The translations under genes were made by a program, and so were the position numbers. A stretch of DNA of 64,000 nt from Camelus dromedarius. Lineage: Eukaryota. The notes beneath the pieces were generated by a model, which did no database searches, was not told the DNA's origin, and saw only the letters and a list, made by a program, of their open reading frames with translations. Location of the stretch: contig NC_087437.1 in NCBI RefSeq assembly GCF_036321535.1, forward strand, positions 9,860,001 through 9,924,000, read 5' to 3'. Of this stretch, positions 51,557-63,770 are shown piece by piece. How positions within the stretch are numbered: the first letter of the stretch is position 1; the number at the start of each line of letters is the position of its first letter.

Positions 51557-54380
51557 AAACTACTTTCGTTTGTAGACACACATTACACTCCTATACACAC
51601 GCACACAGCCGTATTCGCGACATCAGTATCAGGATTCTAGTTTCAGACACAAGAAGTATTGCATAGCGCTTGGCAGTATCCCAAAGGTCAGTCCTCACTA
51701 CGTTCTCTATACACATTATGACAATCAACCAAATTTCAATAACTTATTACCATCGTCACTAATTAGACTCAATTTATTGACGCCCCAATAAAAGCCAGCT
51801 TCCAAGATTCATTGCTATTTGTTTTAATGACAAACCAATGACATGGAATTGCAAAAATTCTTTCAACGTGGAATGAATACCAACGCCCTTGTCTGCCCTG
51901 TTCACTGTAGGGGGCGTCAGAGGCACACTGTATTGGCATACGTTGTCTCGCTGTGTGACCCTCTGTTCGCCTCCTGCTTTCACTGTTGGAAACAAAGAAG
52001 ACTTCAACTTGAACGTTTTGACTCTCCTTTAGTGGGACTTGATGAAACAGAAATGAATAACTGTATTCCTAGGAGACTCTGATAATCAGGGTGATCACTC
52101 AGATGGCATATTTCTGTTTCCTTCAGGTTAGAAAAATTGAGAGCCTTCCAATCTTATTTGATTATGCCGCCCCTCCAGAGATCACTAGCTATCATTACCT
52201 TAAACCTTTTATTATTCTGAAACACACGGTGTCAATTATTAAAATATTCCATTGGATTTATAAGGATGAAAAAACACTGCGCTCTTTGGCTGCTCAAAAC
52301 AAAACTAGTTGATCTTGCATCACAACACATTTGGTGAAGTAAAGTTGCCAGGTTTCAAATTATTACAGGGATGAGGTAAGAAACAAATTCATTGAATAAC
52401 ACAGAATTTCCAAGCTCAGCTAATGGACAAGATGATTCATTGTTCTCATGTGGCAAGTCAAAGTGGAAAGCCAGTGGCTGGGAAAGCACAAAATGCAGAA
52501 ACTGGAAACTTTCAATCTTGGGCATGGAAAGCAAGCAATTTGCTGTAATCAGAACGTAATAGGCAGCATTAATTTACAGAAAGATGCCTTTTGGGAGTAC
52601 CAAATTAGCCTAATCAGTTTAGAAACTTATTAATGGGCCTGACAATTTTCCTTAAGGACCACATCAAGGTATATAAGATAACAGTTAAAGTCACGTTGGC
52701 ATTTGCATAAAATTAGTTTATCTTCACATCGAATCTGAGTGTGGTTATAAAACTTATCTTAGAGTCCCTTTTGGAGCAATTTTCAAATTAAAGTTTCATT
52801 AGTACTCCCTTAATACTGTTGTTTATTGATTGTTCTTATTTCTTTTCCATTCATATACCATCATTCTCGTAAATCATTCCAATGTATGATAGACTTAACA
52901 GAAGCTATTTCCTTGCTTATGTGGCAAGAAAAGGAAGCTATTCGGGGGCGTGCAGGGAACCTCGGGGTTTGATTCAGACATGGTTAGTTCACGATCCAGC
53001 TTTACCAGCTACAAGTTATCTAGCCTTGCAAAATCACTGGAGCTTTCTTGATTTTGTTTCCTTATCTTAACAAAAAATGTAAATTTGGCTAATGGCTAAC
53101 ACTTACTCACCTAATTGTGGGAAGAAATAAATGAGAAAGTGCACATGCCATTTTTGAATCCTGTGAAGCACTATTTCAGTGTAAGGTTTTAGTACATGCA
53201 TTAGTTGAAAAAGATGAAAAAAAGTTTTACTCTGAATAGACACAGAAATGTGAACCCCATCATTCCTAATTGTAAGCTTTTCTATCCTGAATATTATTTA
53301 GTTTTTCTCAAATTTTCTTACACATGTTAAAACATCTTAATTAGGGAAGCTTTGGCTCTTGTTAAAGGCAATCTTTTAAGAAAGGAATTATTTCTTCTGA
53401 CTTGCTCGGAATTCTTAGTAGTTTCTCTTCAACTTTGAAAATCCAAATTAAGAAGATGTTCTAATTTATGATCTAAAAAGAGAAAACATTTTTTTTTATT
53501 CTCCCCCCAGTATCAGCTCTTCAGGTTAACTTGTTCTGGTTTTTTTATTTATGAAGAGTCAAAGAAGCATCAGACATAATTTATGATTAATAAATAATTA
53601 AGAATCATGATACTAATTAAAAAGGAATTTTACAAATCAAAGTGCTCAGCAAAGTTCATGGAAGCCAAAAAATGGGCTTTTGAAAGCAATTTCCAGAGGT
53701 CAAACTCTTCTTCATGAGATACAAAAAATACTTCACTCAACCTACAAAAAGCCATCAACTAACCAGGAACTGAGTTGTGTCTCTTTTATTCAGGAGAGAG
53801 AAAATGACAAAACATATCAAAATCTAATAGATTATTATGTTGTATTTAAGGCAATTTTCAGAGTATCTTTAGATTCTGATAGCTATTTAGCTCAATTTTC
53901 TACAAATTCTATGTCTATGACATGGCAAAATGTAATTGTTTATTCATTCAACAAATGTTTGAGACACCAACTTTGTTCAAGGCACTGACAAGCATTGCAG
54001 GAAGTAGAAAGATTAATAAATCGCAGTCCCTGCCATAATGGGATTGTTATCTACATAATGGGATTATGTCTATTTTATCTTGATTATTGATGCTCAAGGA
54101 GACCCCTAAAGAACTAAATTATCAAGGGAAATCCAAGTTCATTCACTGTAACTTACTTATTAATTTTTAAGGCAAATATAGACTTGCCAACTGCTCCTAC
54201 CTTAGAATGTCTCTACCATTCCTGAAGGTATCCATTTTCTATGATTCCCAGAGAGTCAAGTTGACTCGAGCTTTCAATTTATCACAAAGAATATAAGTAC
54301 TTGAGATCTGTCAAAGTTAGTGGGTTCAAGCTCATTGCTACACAATCACAGCCAATGTCATTAACAGGAGCAAAATGCAG

Positions 54381-54590
54381 GAGGGAGGGTATAGCTCAGT
54401 GGTAGAGTGGGTGCTTAGCATGCAAAAGGTTCTGTGTTCAACCCCTAGTACTTCCATCAAAAATAAAAAATAAAGTAGCTTAATTAACCCCCACAAAAAA
54501 CCCAAAAATTTATACTTCAATAAATATATATACACATATATATGTGTGTATATATATATATATAAAACAAAAAAAATCAATAAAATAAAA
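54381..54590 (+). mobile_element. tRNA-derived SINE (camelid Vic-1-like)
   Basis: gggagggtatagctcagtggtagagtg...gcttagcatgca...gttcaacccctagtac, AT-rich tail and a degenerate flanking agga(g/a)caaaat repeat. Confidence 0.85.
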
Positions 54591-55409
54591 GGAACAAAAT
54601 TTATAAAGCATTGTCTAAGGGGTGCCTAGCCCTCCCATCCTTCTAGAAACGGAATTGTTTACAGTTAAGCCAGACCAGAAGGCATCCCAGTAACTCAAAT
54701 GCTCAGCCCTTTGTAAGAAAGATTCCTATGAAAGTCTCTGCTGCGTAAGGAACAAGGATGTTACTCTCTGTGCTGTTCAGTTCCCTCTCCATGAAGACTC
54801 CTGGGAAAAAGCATTTTCAGTCTCAGTCTGAAGACTGGTCTTTCCTTCCTGAACAGTAGAGTTCTGATGATAGCTGGTTCTACAGGTCGGGTGGTTGTTC
54901 AAAGACTTAGGTCAAATTTATCGGCCATGTCCTCACAGTAGATTCTGCTTTAGAACGTGAGTTGGAAGACTTCTTCACTTATCTTTCCTGCTCTTAAGGA
55001 AATTTCTTTTCATCCTGAGCTTCTGAATGATTCATTGATTTCTAAATTTTTTGGATCATAATTCAAATACAGAGAGGTGCATAAATCGTATATTCAATTT
55101 GATGGATTTTTACAAGTGAATAGACCCATGGAATCACCACCCAGATCAGGAAACAATAAATATTTTCACACCTTGCCTCCTCCCTCACCAATAACTATGA
55201 TGTAATCATAAGTCAGTGTTGCTTAATTTTGAACTTTACATAATAGAATCATGTTTTGAGGGGTTTCTGGCCTTTGCTTGTCAACATTACATTTGTGAGA
55301 TCATTCATATTTTAGTCTGTAAATGAACTTGATTCTTTCTCATTCTAGTCTTTTATTTTTTAATTTAATTTAGCAATATTTTACATTGTTTTCAAAACAT
55401 CCTAAACCC

Positions 55410-57185
55410 ATTACCAAAAAATTTCCAAATAAAATACAGGCAATAATTTCTTCATTATGATACCAAAGGCACAGGCAATAACAACAACAGAAATAGACAA
55501 ATTGCACTTTTTGGAAAATTTTTTTAATTGCCCATCAAAAGACACTATCACCAGGGTTAAAAGGCAACCCACAGAATGAGAAATATTTGCAAATCATATA
55601 CTTAATAAGGGATCAAGATTCAGAATATATAGAAACTCCTAAAACTCAACAACAAAAAACCAAACAACTCAATCAAAAAACAAGCAAAGGACTGGAACAG
55701 ACATTTTTCCAAAGAAGATATACAAACGGTCAATAAGCACATGAAAAGATGTTCAACACACTAATCATCAGGGAAGTGCAAATTAAAACTACGGTGAGAC
55801 ACCTTCTCACACTCATTATAAGCTTTAAAATAGGCTACTGTATTGAAAAAAAAAAAATGAAAATGAGAGTTGGCATGGATTGGAGAAACTGGAACCCGTG
55901 TGACCAGGAATGTAAAATGGTACAGATGTTACCCCAAGAGGCGAAGGGAAAAGACCACAGTTCTTGTCTTACTTGAAAGATAAGAATTCAAAGGGGGAGA
56001 TGAAGCGCTGTGTAGTAAGGGAAAGGGAAACCTTCGAGAACGGGAGGAGGGCTAATTCCAAAGGCGCATAGCAGTGTTGGTCTTTGCTTGCCCCCTTCTC
56101 TTATACCCTTGCTTAGAGGTGGTCCATTGATTGATTGACGGCTCTTGCCCCTGGAGTGCTGAGTCATGCTCGTCCCCTTTTGCATATGTCCTTACCAATG
56201 ATGCACAAAGAAAAAGCCACGGGGTGGGGGCCTAAACTGCAATGCTAATTATATTACAATAAGCATCGGGTCCCATCCGCTTAAGTCCTTTCTGCTACCT
56301 TGCAGTTGCCACTGTCGGGTTTTTGCTGACACTCATTTTGAGGAAGTAAAGCCTCTTTACGGTGGATGTGGACATAACGTCATCTTCCAGACCATCCTCC
56401 CTCTCTTCCACCTTATCTGCCCGGTGCCCCCACTTATCTAACTACCCAACATAGCTGCTGAGGAAAATAGGTGGTTTTGAGGTGGCTCCTCAAAACATTT
56501 AAAATAGAATGACCATATAATCCAGCAACTCCACTTCTGGATATATAGAATTGAACGCTGCCTCAAAGAGATGTCTGTACACTCTTGTATGTAACAGCAT
56601 TACTCACAATAGGTTAAAGGTGGAAGCGACCCATAGACAGATCCATGTCTACTGATGGATGAATGGATAAGCAAAATGCAGTGTATACATACAAAGGAAT
56701 ACTTTCTTCCTTATAAGAAAATTTCGATGCATGCTACAACCTGGATGAATCTTGAGGCTGTTATGCTAAACAAAATAAACCAATTACAAAGAGACAAATA
56801 CTGTATTATTCCACTTGTGTGATGCACTTAAGAGTAGTAAAAATCAGAAAGCGGAGTGGTGGTTGCTGGGGAGGTACTGTTTAATGGGTACAGATAGAGT
56901 TTTGGTTTTGCAGGAAGAAAAGAGATCTGGAGATGGGTGGTGGTGATGGTTGCACAACCATATGAATGTACTTAATACCACACACTGAACTGTACACTTA
57001 AAAACAGTTAAGATAATCAAATGCTTAGAATTTCACAGTATGTGGATTTTACCACAACTAAAAAAGTAGGGGAGTATGTATGAGTAGGTGGGGAGGGCTA
57101 TGTGCAAACTCTCTGTATTTTCTGCTCAATTCTGCTGTGAACCTGAAACTGCTCTAAAAGAATAAAGGCTATTAAAAAAAAAAAG
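55410..57185 (+). mobile_element. L1MB-like 3' fragment split by an LTR, with a second L1 3' end (57065-57185) in its tail
   Basis: aaaaggcaacccacagaatg...aaaactcaacaacaaaaa...gcacatgaaaagatgttcaac...ggtgatggttgcacaac; second tail ctcaattctgctgtgaacctgaaactgctctaaaa. Confidence 0.88.
55927..56451 (-). mobile_element. Solo LTR (probably ERV1 class) nested in the L1
   Basis: TG...CA ends. The L1 reads through across the insertion (aaaatggtacaga | tagctgctgaggaaaa), with a degenerate 4-bp TSD caga/tagc. Orientation is inferred. Confidence 0.75.
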
Positions 57186-57985
57186 TTGGGGGAAAAAAGG
57201 TAAAAAATAACTAACTAAGTAAATAGTGGCTATTCACTAAGGCCATGAAATTAACTAATGCTGTTATGGAAAAAAAATGTTAAAAGTAAACAGTTCCAAA
57301 GGAAAGTTCTTAACTTCTCAGCTGAACCGAAACCCCAGTTAACCAAAACATCTTACTGATATTTCTGATTATATCGTGTGGCTGATAAAATTCTGTTATC
57401 TGTCTAGAAGTTTATTTTTACTTATTTTGTTAAATTTCCTCCTGATTCTTTATTATATTTCAAAGTACAACCAGAAGGAACAGAGTTCAAAAGTTGTCCA
57501 TTCCTGGCCGTGTGTATTTTCTTTGGCTGAGTTCCTTATCTCTAAAGTGACTTTAACAGTAATTCTTCACTCCTGAAATTTTGAGGTTAAATATAAAGAG
57601 CCAACTATGCTTAACAAACGTACTTGTTAAAAGGTAGTAGTTGTCTAGAACGGTGCTTTTATTCATGCACTAGACACCCATGAGCCCAGGGTCCTGCCTT
57701 TCCTGCTGGTGTGGGTCGTTTCCAGCACCAGCATTCTGTAAGCACATAGTAATCGCTCATCAAATAGTTACTGACTGCATTAGGATAAAGTGACATGAAC
57801 AGAAAATAATGAATTGCCCTGAAGTCTATGATCCAGAATCTGGTCAACATTTGAAAGTAAGTTAAAACAATAGACTTTTAAACTATTGGAGATGTCTAGT
57901 CCTTTCTGCACTTTCCTACCATTTAGTTATGTTGGTTCTGCTATCTTCTATATCGAGCAAGGTATAAAAATAGGAGGATGATGAT

Positions 57986-58471
57986 TGTGGTAGGCAAAAT
58001 AATATGCACCACCACCCCCACCAATTATATCAGATCTCATTCCCTGGAACCTGTAAATGTCATTTTATTGGGGAAAAGGGTCTTGCAGATGTGACTGATT
58101 TAAGGATCTTAGCGTGGGAGATTATCCCAGTTTATCAGCGTTGGCCCAAGATTCAATCCCAGATGTCCTTAGAGAAAAGTAGAGAGAGATCAGACTCGCA
58201 GAGGAGAAGGCAATGGGGAAACAGAGGCAGAGAGGAGAGCGACAGAATCACAAACCAAGGAATGTCAATAGCCACCAGAGGCTGCAAGAGGCAGGGCAGA
58301 TTCTCCCCTCCAGCATCCTGACAGAGCACCGCCTCGCTGACATCCTGATTTCAGCCCAGTGATACGGATTCCAGCCTCCTGACCTCCAGAGCTGGGAGAG
58401 AGAACATCTCTTCTGTTTTAAGCCACCAAGCCTGTGGTCATTTGGTTCATTAGCCATAGGAAACTAATACT
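57986..58471 (+). mobile_element. MLT1D-like MaLR solo LTR
   Basis: tgtggtaggcaaaataat...ccctggaacctgtaaatg...gattctcccctccag...ttttaagccacc...ataggaaactaatac. Confidence 0.88.
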
Positions 58472-58554
58472 TGATGATGTTTAAAAATAGTTAGCATCTT
58501 ATTGTAAATCAACTATATACTTCAATAAAACATTTAAAAAATAGTTAACTTCTA

Positions 58555-58790
58555 TGGCATATTCAATTTGTACTAGACAGTATTTGAAGCACTTAGAATG
58601 TATCAGCTTATGAAGTCTTCAATCAATTTATGTGATAGATTGCTTATAACATCACCATTTTATAGACAAGGACACTGAGGCAGAGAGATATACAATTAGC
58701 TCACTAAATTCTCACAGCTTGCAGGGAACAGAGCAAAGAGTCAAATCCAGACATTCTAGTTCTTGACTTCAAGCTCTTAAATGTTACACC
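58555..58790 (-). mobile_element. MIR SINE
   Basis: ccattttatagacaaggacactgaggcagagaga...tcacagct...tcaaatccag. Confidence 0.8.
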
Positions 58791-60951
58791 AGGTTAAATG
58801 ACTATTTTGCCTTTATGACTTTAATGTCATAGTTTAGTATGGATGTAAAATGTGTAGCCACCTGAGAACTCAATCTAGTACTTTAAAACCTAGATGATCC
58901 TTCATTCTTTACATTCTAAATAATCTCGATAGATTTGGTACATGGACACTAACTCCCAGAAATTGTTCTCAACAAAATGCAGCTTGAAAATCTCAATTTT
59001 TCAAGATGCCTTCTGGAGTTTTGTGTGTATTCCTCTGTTTAAGTGAAGTAAAGATGTTATAGAAATATCATTAACTTTTCCTTCCTACCTGAGGGTAGAT
59101 GAGAGATTGTTAAAGGAGAAAGAACTCTCTAATAATTTTTAATAATATATTATAAGAATAGCAGTGAGTAACTCTCTAGATGTAAAAACAGAACACATGA
59201 CAAGATCAGGAAAAAACTGGATGGCCAGCATCTGACCCCATCTTATGAGAAACCCTTAGGAAAATCCCCAAATGGACTTCCTTAACCCTGGACTGTAATA
59301 ATATTTTTTCTTCTCATGGAGACAGGTGTATACTCAAGATATGCCAAGACTGGTACTTTTTGCCAGAAGAAGGGCTACATTAACTATATAGAAGGCAAGT
59401 AAGAACTCTTTTTCACTGCAAACCTCTCACTGAAAACACCTGCTTAGAAAGACTGCACACTTGTTTCTTCGGATGACACTGTAGGCAAAGTAATAAAGCC
59501 ACTAAGTGGTGAGGAGTCCCTCTCCCAATCTAGAACTGCCTTCTTGTATACTCTCCCAGTGCTTCAGTAGTTTAGGAGTTAGATTCTCTTTGAAACCCAT
59601 CCTTGGTCTGGACAAAATGCTAAAAATGGTCTAGGATTACCTAGATATGATTCAAATCACATTTAAAATGGGATGAAGACTTGATGAAGGAATCTGATTC
59701 ATCTCTGCCTCTCAACATCCTTAAACTTGTTTCTCACTGCAAATTCATTAAACTTAAAGCTGGGTTATTCCAGAAAGGGGAGTTATTGCTAATTTTAGCA
59801 GGCCCTAGGAGATAAAAATTAATACATTTTTAATGTACTGGAATTTTAAAATTGATCTCCAGCGTGTTATCCACTTGTTCAAAAGATTAATTAAACTGGT
59901 GAATTTTAGGCCTGCACTCTATTTTAGCTGCTCCAGGTTCCCTAAGAGGCTATTTAAGTGCTTGCTTGATTGTCAACCCACAGGCTTCATTTTATTCAAA
60001 CTCTCACTTTAGAGCCCTTGTCAAAAAACTAAGTGTCATCCACCTTCAGTTCTAAGCTCTTGAAATATTCAAAATTGCAAATCTTTCCCCAGTATTAGCT
60101 CCTTCAGTCTGTGATGGCAGTGTAACTCAGATCTTTATGGAGGTTAAAACACCTTTCAGAGATCTGATTGTTCAAATCACCAAATAATATCAAATAAACT
60201 GTTAGTCTTATTGTGCAAATATTGAACTGAAAAAAACCTGAAAAACACAGGAGGACAAGTGCTCTTGTAATTAGAAGTTTAGCTCATTTACAAGATTCCC
60301 ACGTAAAATACTTTGCCATTCAATAATTCCAGTTTATAATTAGCTTCAATATTTTACTACTAAGGTTAACTATCTTAGCTTCTATAACAACCTTATTGTT
60401 CCAAAAAAATAAACAAAACCTCTAGGCAAGTTATTACTATGCTATTTTTATACTTCTGCTAAAACGTGTTCATATTCAGAAACATGTTTTCCAGTCAGCA
60501 AAATATGTTTTTTTAAGACTTCAACTGTATCAAAAGACAAAAATGTATATTTTATGCAATGTTAAATTGCTACTAGAAAAAAACAATTTAACCCTAAAAC
60601 AAGAGAGAAACCATGACAATAGCCACCAGTTTATAGTACAGAGAGATGTAGTTTTATTTGAAAATAAGATACCATGCAAGTACAATGAAATATAGTAAAA
60701 GATCTTTCTCAAAGATTCTTTATTTCCCAAAGCTGTTCCCACTTTTGAGATATTGATATCATAGTTTCCCAATGGATTTATACACTTTTCTTTGGTAATT
60801 CCAGGCAAATCAAATCTGTGACTTATCACTATTCCCAAAATGAGAATAATTACAGCTTGTGAAGAAACGTGACAAATAACATCTCATTTGTTGTTCTTGC
60901 TCTTAGTTTTAAAAGCTTCAAAATCTTCAGACAAGCACTGGCATAACTTAC

Positions 60952-61240
60952 CTGAAGAACTCAAGAGTAATGGATTTATAAAGTTGAAGAGTGCAGGAAA
61001 ATAATGGAAGATGTGTACCCAGCTCCCTATGTACACTTTGCAATGCAGTGAGAAACTCAGCTGTCTTAATTAAATTTCAAATAAAATAAGCCCTAAATTA
61101 GGCGTGATTCTCTTAGCCAGTGTCGTTATCACAGATGAAACACTGTATTTTGTTGAACTGCAAACACGTTTCATTATTGAACTTTTGATGCACCTAGTAA
61201 ATAGCAAATCACAGCAGGAGGTGTAATTGTTTTGAAAATA
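60952..61240 (-). other. Candidate 289-nt non-coding (5' UTR) exon
   Basis: Strong acceptor cctttttttcttttcaacag| and consensus donor CAG|GTAAGT. An alternative acceptor gives an exon start at 61193. No repeat recognised. Confidence 0.45.
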
Positions 61241-61719
61241 CTGTTGAAAAGAAAAAAAGGAAACTCTAAAGCATGCCACTAGTATCTCTTAATAGAAATT
61301 CAACATCCTGTTAGGATCTGAGCATTAATTATAAGCTGGCTAAAATATAAGAGTGTCCAAGTAGATCTCAGAATAACTATATAGTCATTCAAAGGTGATG
61401 TTAGCACCAGGTACGCTTGATGTTATAAATTGCACACCTTTAAGAGAGGGTTTTAATTTAGTTCTATTACAGATTTAGAATAAAGGGTTCAACATAGAAA
61501 CGTCATCAAGGTAAACACCAAGACCTCAGCATTTAGCCCTCTCTAGAGCTGGCAGGCTGAATTACATAAATGTCGTGCAATTTTCACTTGATTTCAAGTC
61601 TCAAGTTCCTCATTTCTGTAACATTGAAATAGCTATGGATGAATCACTCTCTGATACTGTCATCACCGTACTAACTTTTCATTAGAACTTAGAAAGATTC
61701 TCCTTCCACTCTTCAAATG

Positions 61720-61915
61720 AGCTTCAAAGAGGTTGTGTAATGGTTAATGGAACTGACCTGTCCCAAATTTAACATCTCTTAAGCCTCCCTTTCTTCATCC
61801 ACAAAGGGGAGATGGTAAAGATGCTACCTTCTTGGGGTTATTAAGCGTTTGCAAGGACAATAAAGCCTTTAACACACTGCTTGGTGTACAATGAATGCAA
61901 AACGAATATTAAATG
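61720..61915 (+). mobile_element. MIR fragment
   Basis: ttaacatctcttaagcctccctttcttcatccacaaagggga...ctaccttcttggggttattaag. Confidence 0.65.
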
Positions 61916-63475
61916 TGATTATTACTATTATTAGTAGTATCATTATGATTAAATGACTCCAGAAGTCCTTCAGCCACTTCATCATAGAGCAGACATAGCC
62001 CAGAAGTCCTAACTTTTGGCTCAGGTCACTTTCTCTTAATCCAGAGAGCTTCCAACCCTTCACTTATTTAAATCTAAGATAATACGTTAACTCTGGATGT
62101 CCGTCCATTCCCCCAGTCTATATGTTAGCTCCATGAAAAGAGGGTACAAGTTAATTTCTGAGGAACATCTGGAAGGAAATGTGAAGAGATTGCAGCAAAC
62201 CCCAGCCACGCTATGCTGCATCAATCTACATAATTTGAAATGACCCATATTTGTCTTTCATGCTTAGGGACCATAGAAAAGTGACTGAATTGCCCAGTAC
62301 CCGGGCTGGGGTTCGCATGAAAACACAGAGGGAGATACATCTTTCTAGTCGATTGCAGGGGTCATGGTGAACTAGAATTGAATGCACACGTGAAAGGCAC
62401 GTTTAACAGACCAACTAGCAAATTGCCTCAAAAGAAGAGAGAGAAATTTCTCCATCACATTTCCAGAAAGCACCACAGGAATGTCACAGAAAAGCGCCAG
62501 CTGGAGGGACCTTAGTTCCACCTATGGAACGTAGTCCAGTTTTCCAAGTCAGTTCAAGGTTCCAGAATTTGGAGAAACTCAAACACCCGGGAACTGCGCG
62601 TTACTCGTTACTTTAGCTGCAGCTCAGGCTAAAGCAGACATAAACACAGTCCCCAGAAACACGTGATGTGAGCAAGTCCGAATTGTAAGGGGGGGACAAG
62701 ACTGATGAGGTACTGGGCATTTCACACGGGGTGACACCATATTGGGCGCAGCTGGTTTCCTCTGACCCCGATTTGCACGCACAATAAAACTTCTCCCCTA
62801 AGGCAAAAATTCTCCAGGTGAGGAGACCCTGAGCTCTCACTTTTAATTCTGTCTCCTGGCCCAGGAGGGCGATCAGATTTAGGGACACTGGTTTACCCTC
62901 AGCCTCCCAACTCCACCCTAAATATCAAAACGATATTCCTGTAACTCAACAGCTTCTCACGGAGAAAGGAAGCAAATGAAGACAAGACAAGTACCAAACT
63001 GTGCTTTCTTTATCCCAACAACTTCGCCAGGTTTCCCGAGGAGGGAGCGCGCCCCTCACACACCCTCTAGGAGACAGGCAGGAGGCTGGGTGTCCATCCT
63101 CGGTGGCTCAGCCGTCGCCTAGGATGGCCACAGCCAGGCTGACCCTGTCGCCTCGCTGCTGCGTCCCGATCCTTTGGTCCCTGCTCGACAGCCCCTTGTG
63201 TCCGGAGACCCTCAAGCTCTGCGCTCTCCACTCCGGCCCCGCAACCTCACGTCTCTGCTGGGCGCCGAGCAGAGGAGGCAAGGAGCAGGGGTGGGGACGG
63301 AACGAGTAGGGCACGGGGGCGAAGGGTCCGAGGGACTGGGGGTCCCGGGTCCGGCCGGTGCAAAAGCCCATTCCGCGCGCCTCGCCTCCCGCGAGGGCGC
63401 ACCCCCAGCGCCGTGCCCAGCATCCCCGTCAACTCTGCCACCCGAGCCGAGCCACCTCTTTTGCGCTCAACTTAC

Positions 63476-63770
63476 CCTGGCCGGGCTGAGCTTTCGGAGA
63501 GCCCAGCAGCTTTTCTCTCCTTCCTCCCGCCGAGCCCTTCATCTTCCTGCTGGCGGCCGCCCGGCGCCCCGGCCCTGGCATCGGGAGGAGCGGCCGCCGC
63601 GGCTGGCGGTCCCCGGGGCGCACGGCTGCGCGCCCGCAGCTTCGGCGGCGGCTGCGGCGGCGGCGGCGGTCGCCACGAGGTGTGAGCGGCGGCCGCGGAG
63701 GACCGTCCCTGAACGCCGGGAGCGCGGTGCCTCGGGCGCGGGCTGGAGGTGGCAGTCGTCCGGGGCACTC
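63476..63770 (-). other. Probable first exon of a large unidentified minus-strand gene
   Basis: Donor CCAGG|GTAAGT (intron starts 63475) inside the CpG island. ATGs at 63581 and 63542 are in one frame that is open to the donor (phase 1). The TSS position is approximate. Confidence 0.7.
63643..63669. repeat. (CGG)3-CTG-(CGG)5 interrupted trinucleotide repeat
   Basis: Direct reading. Confidence 0.95.

Noticed and set aside
54381..54460. tRNA-Ala-like head
   Set aside because: It continues into a SINE body and AT tail with no acceptor stem pairing, so it is a SINE rather than a tRNA gene. The same applies at 7478.
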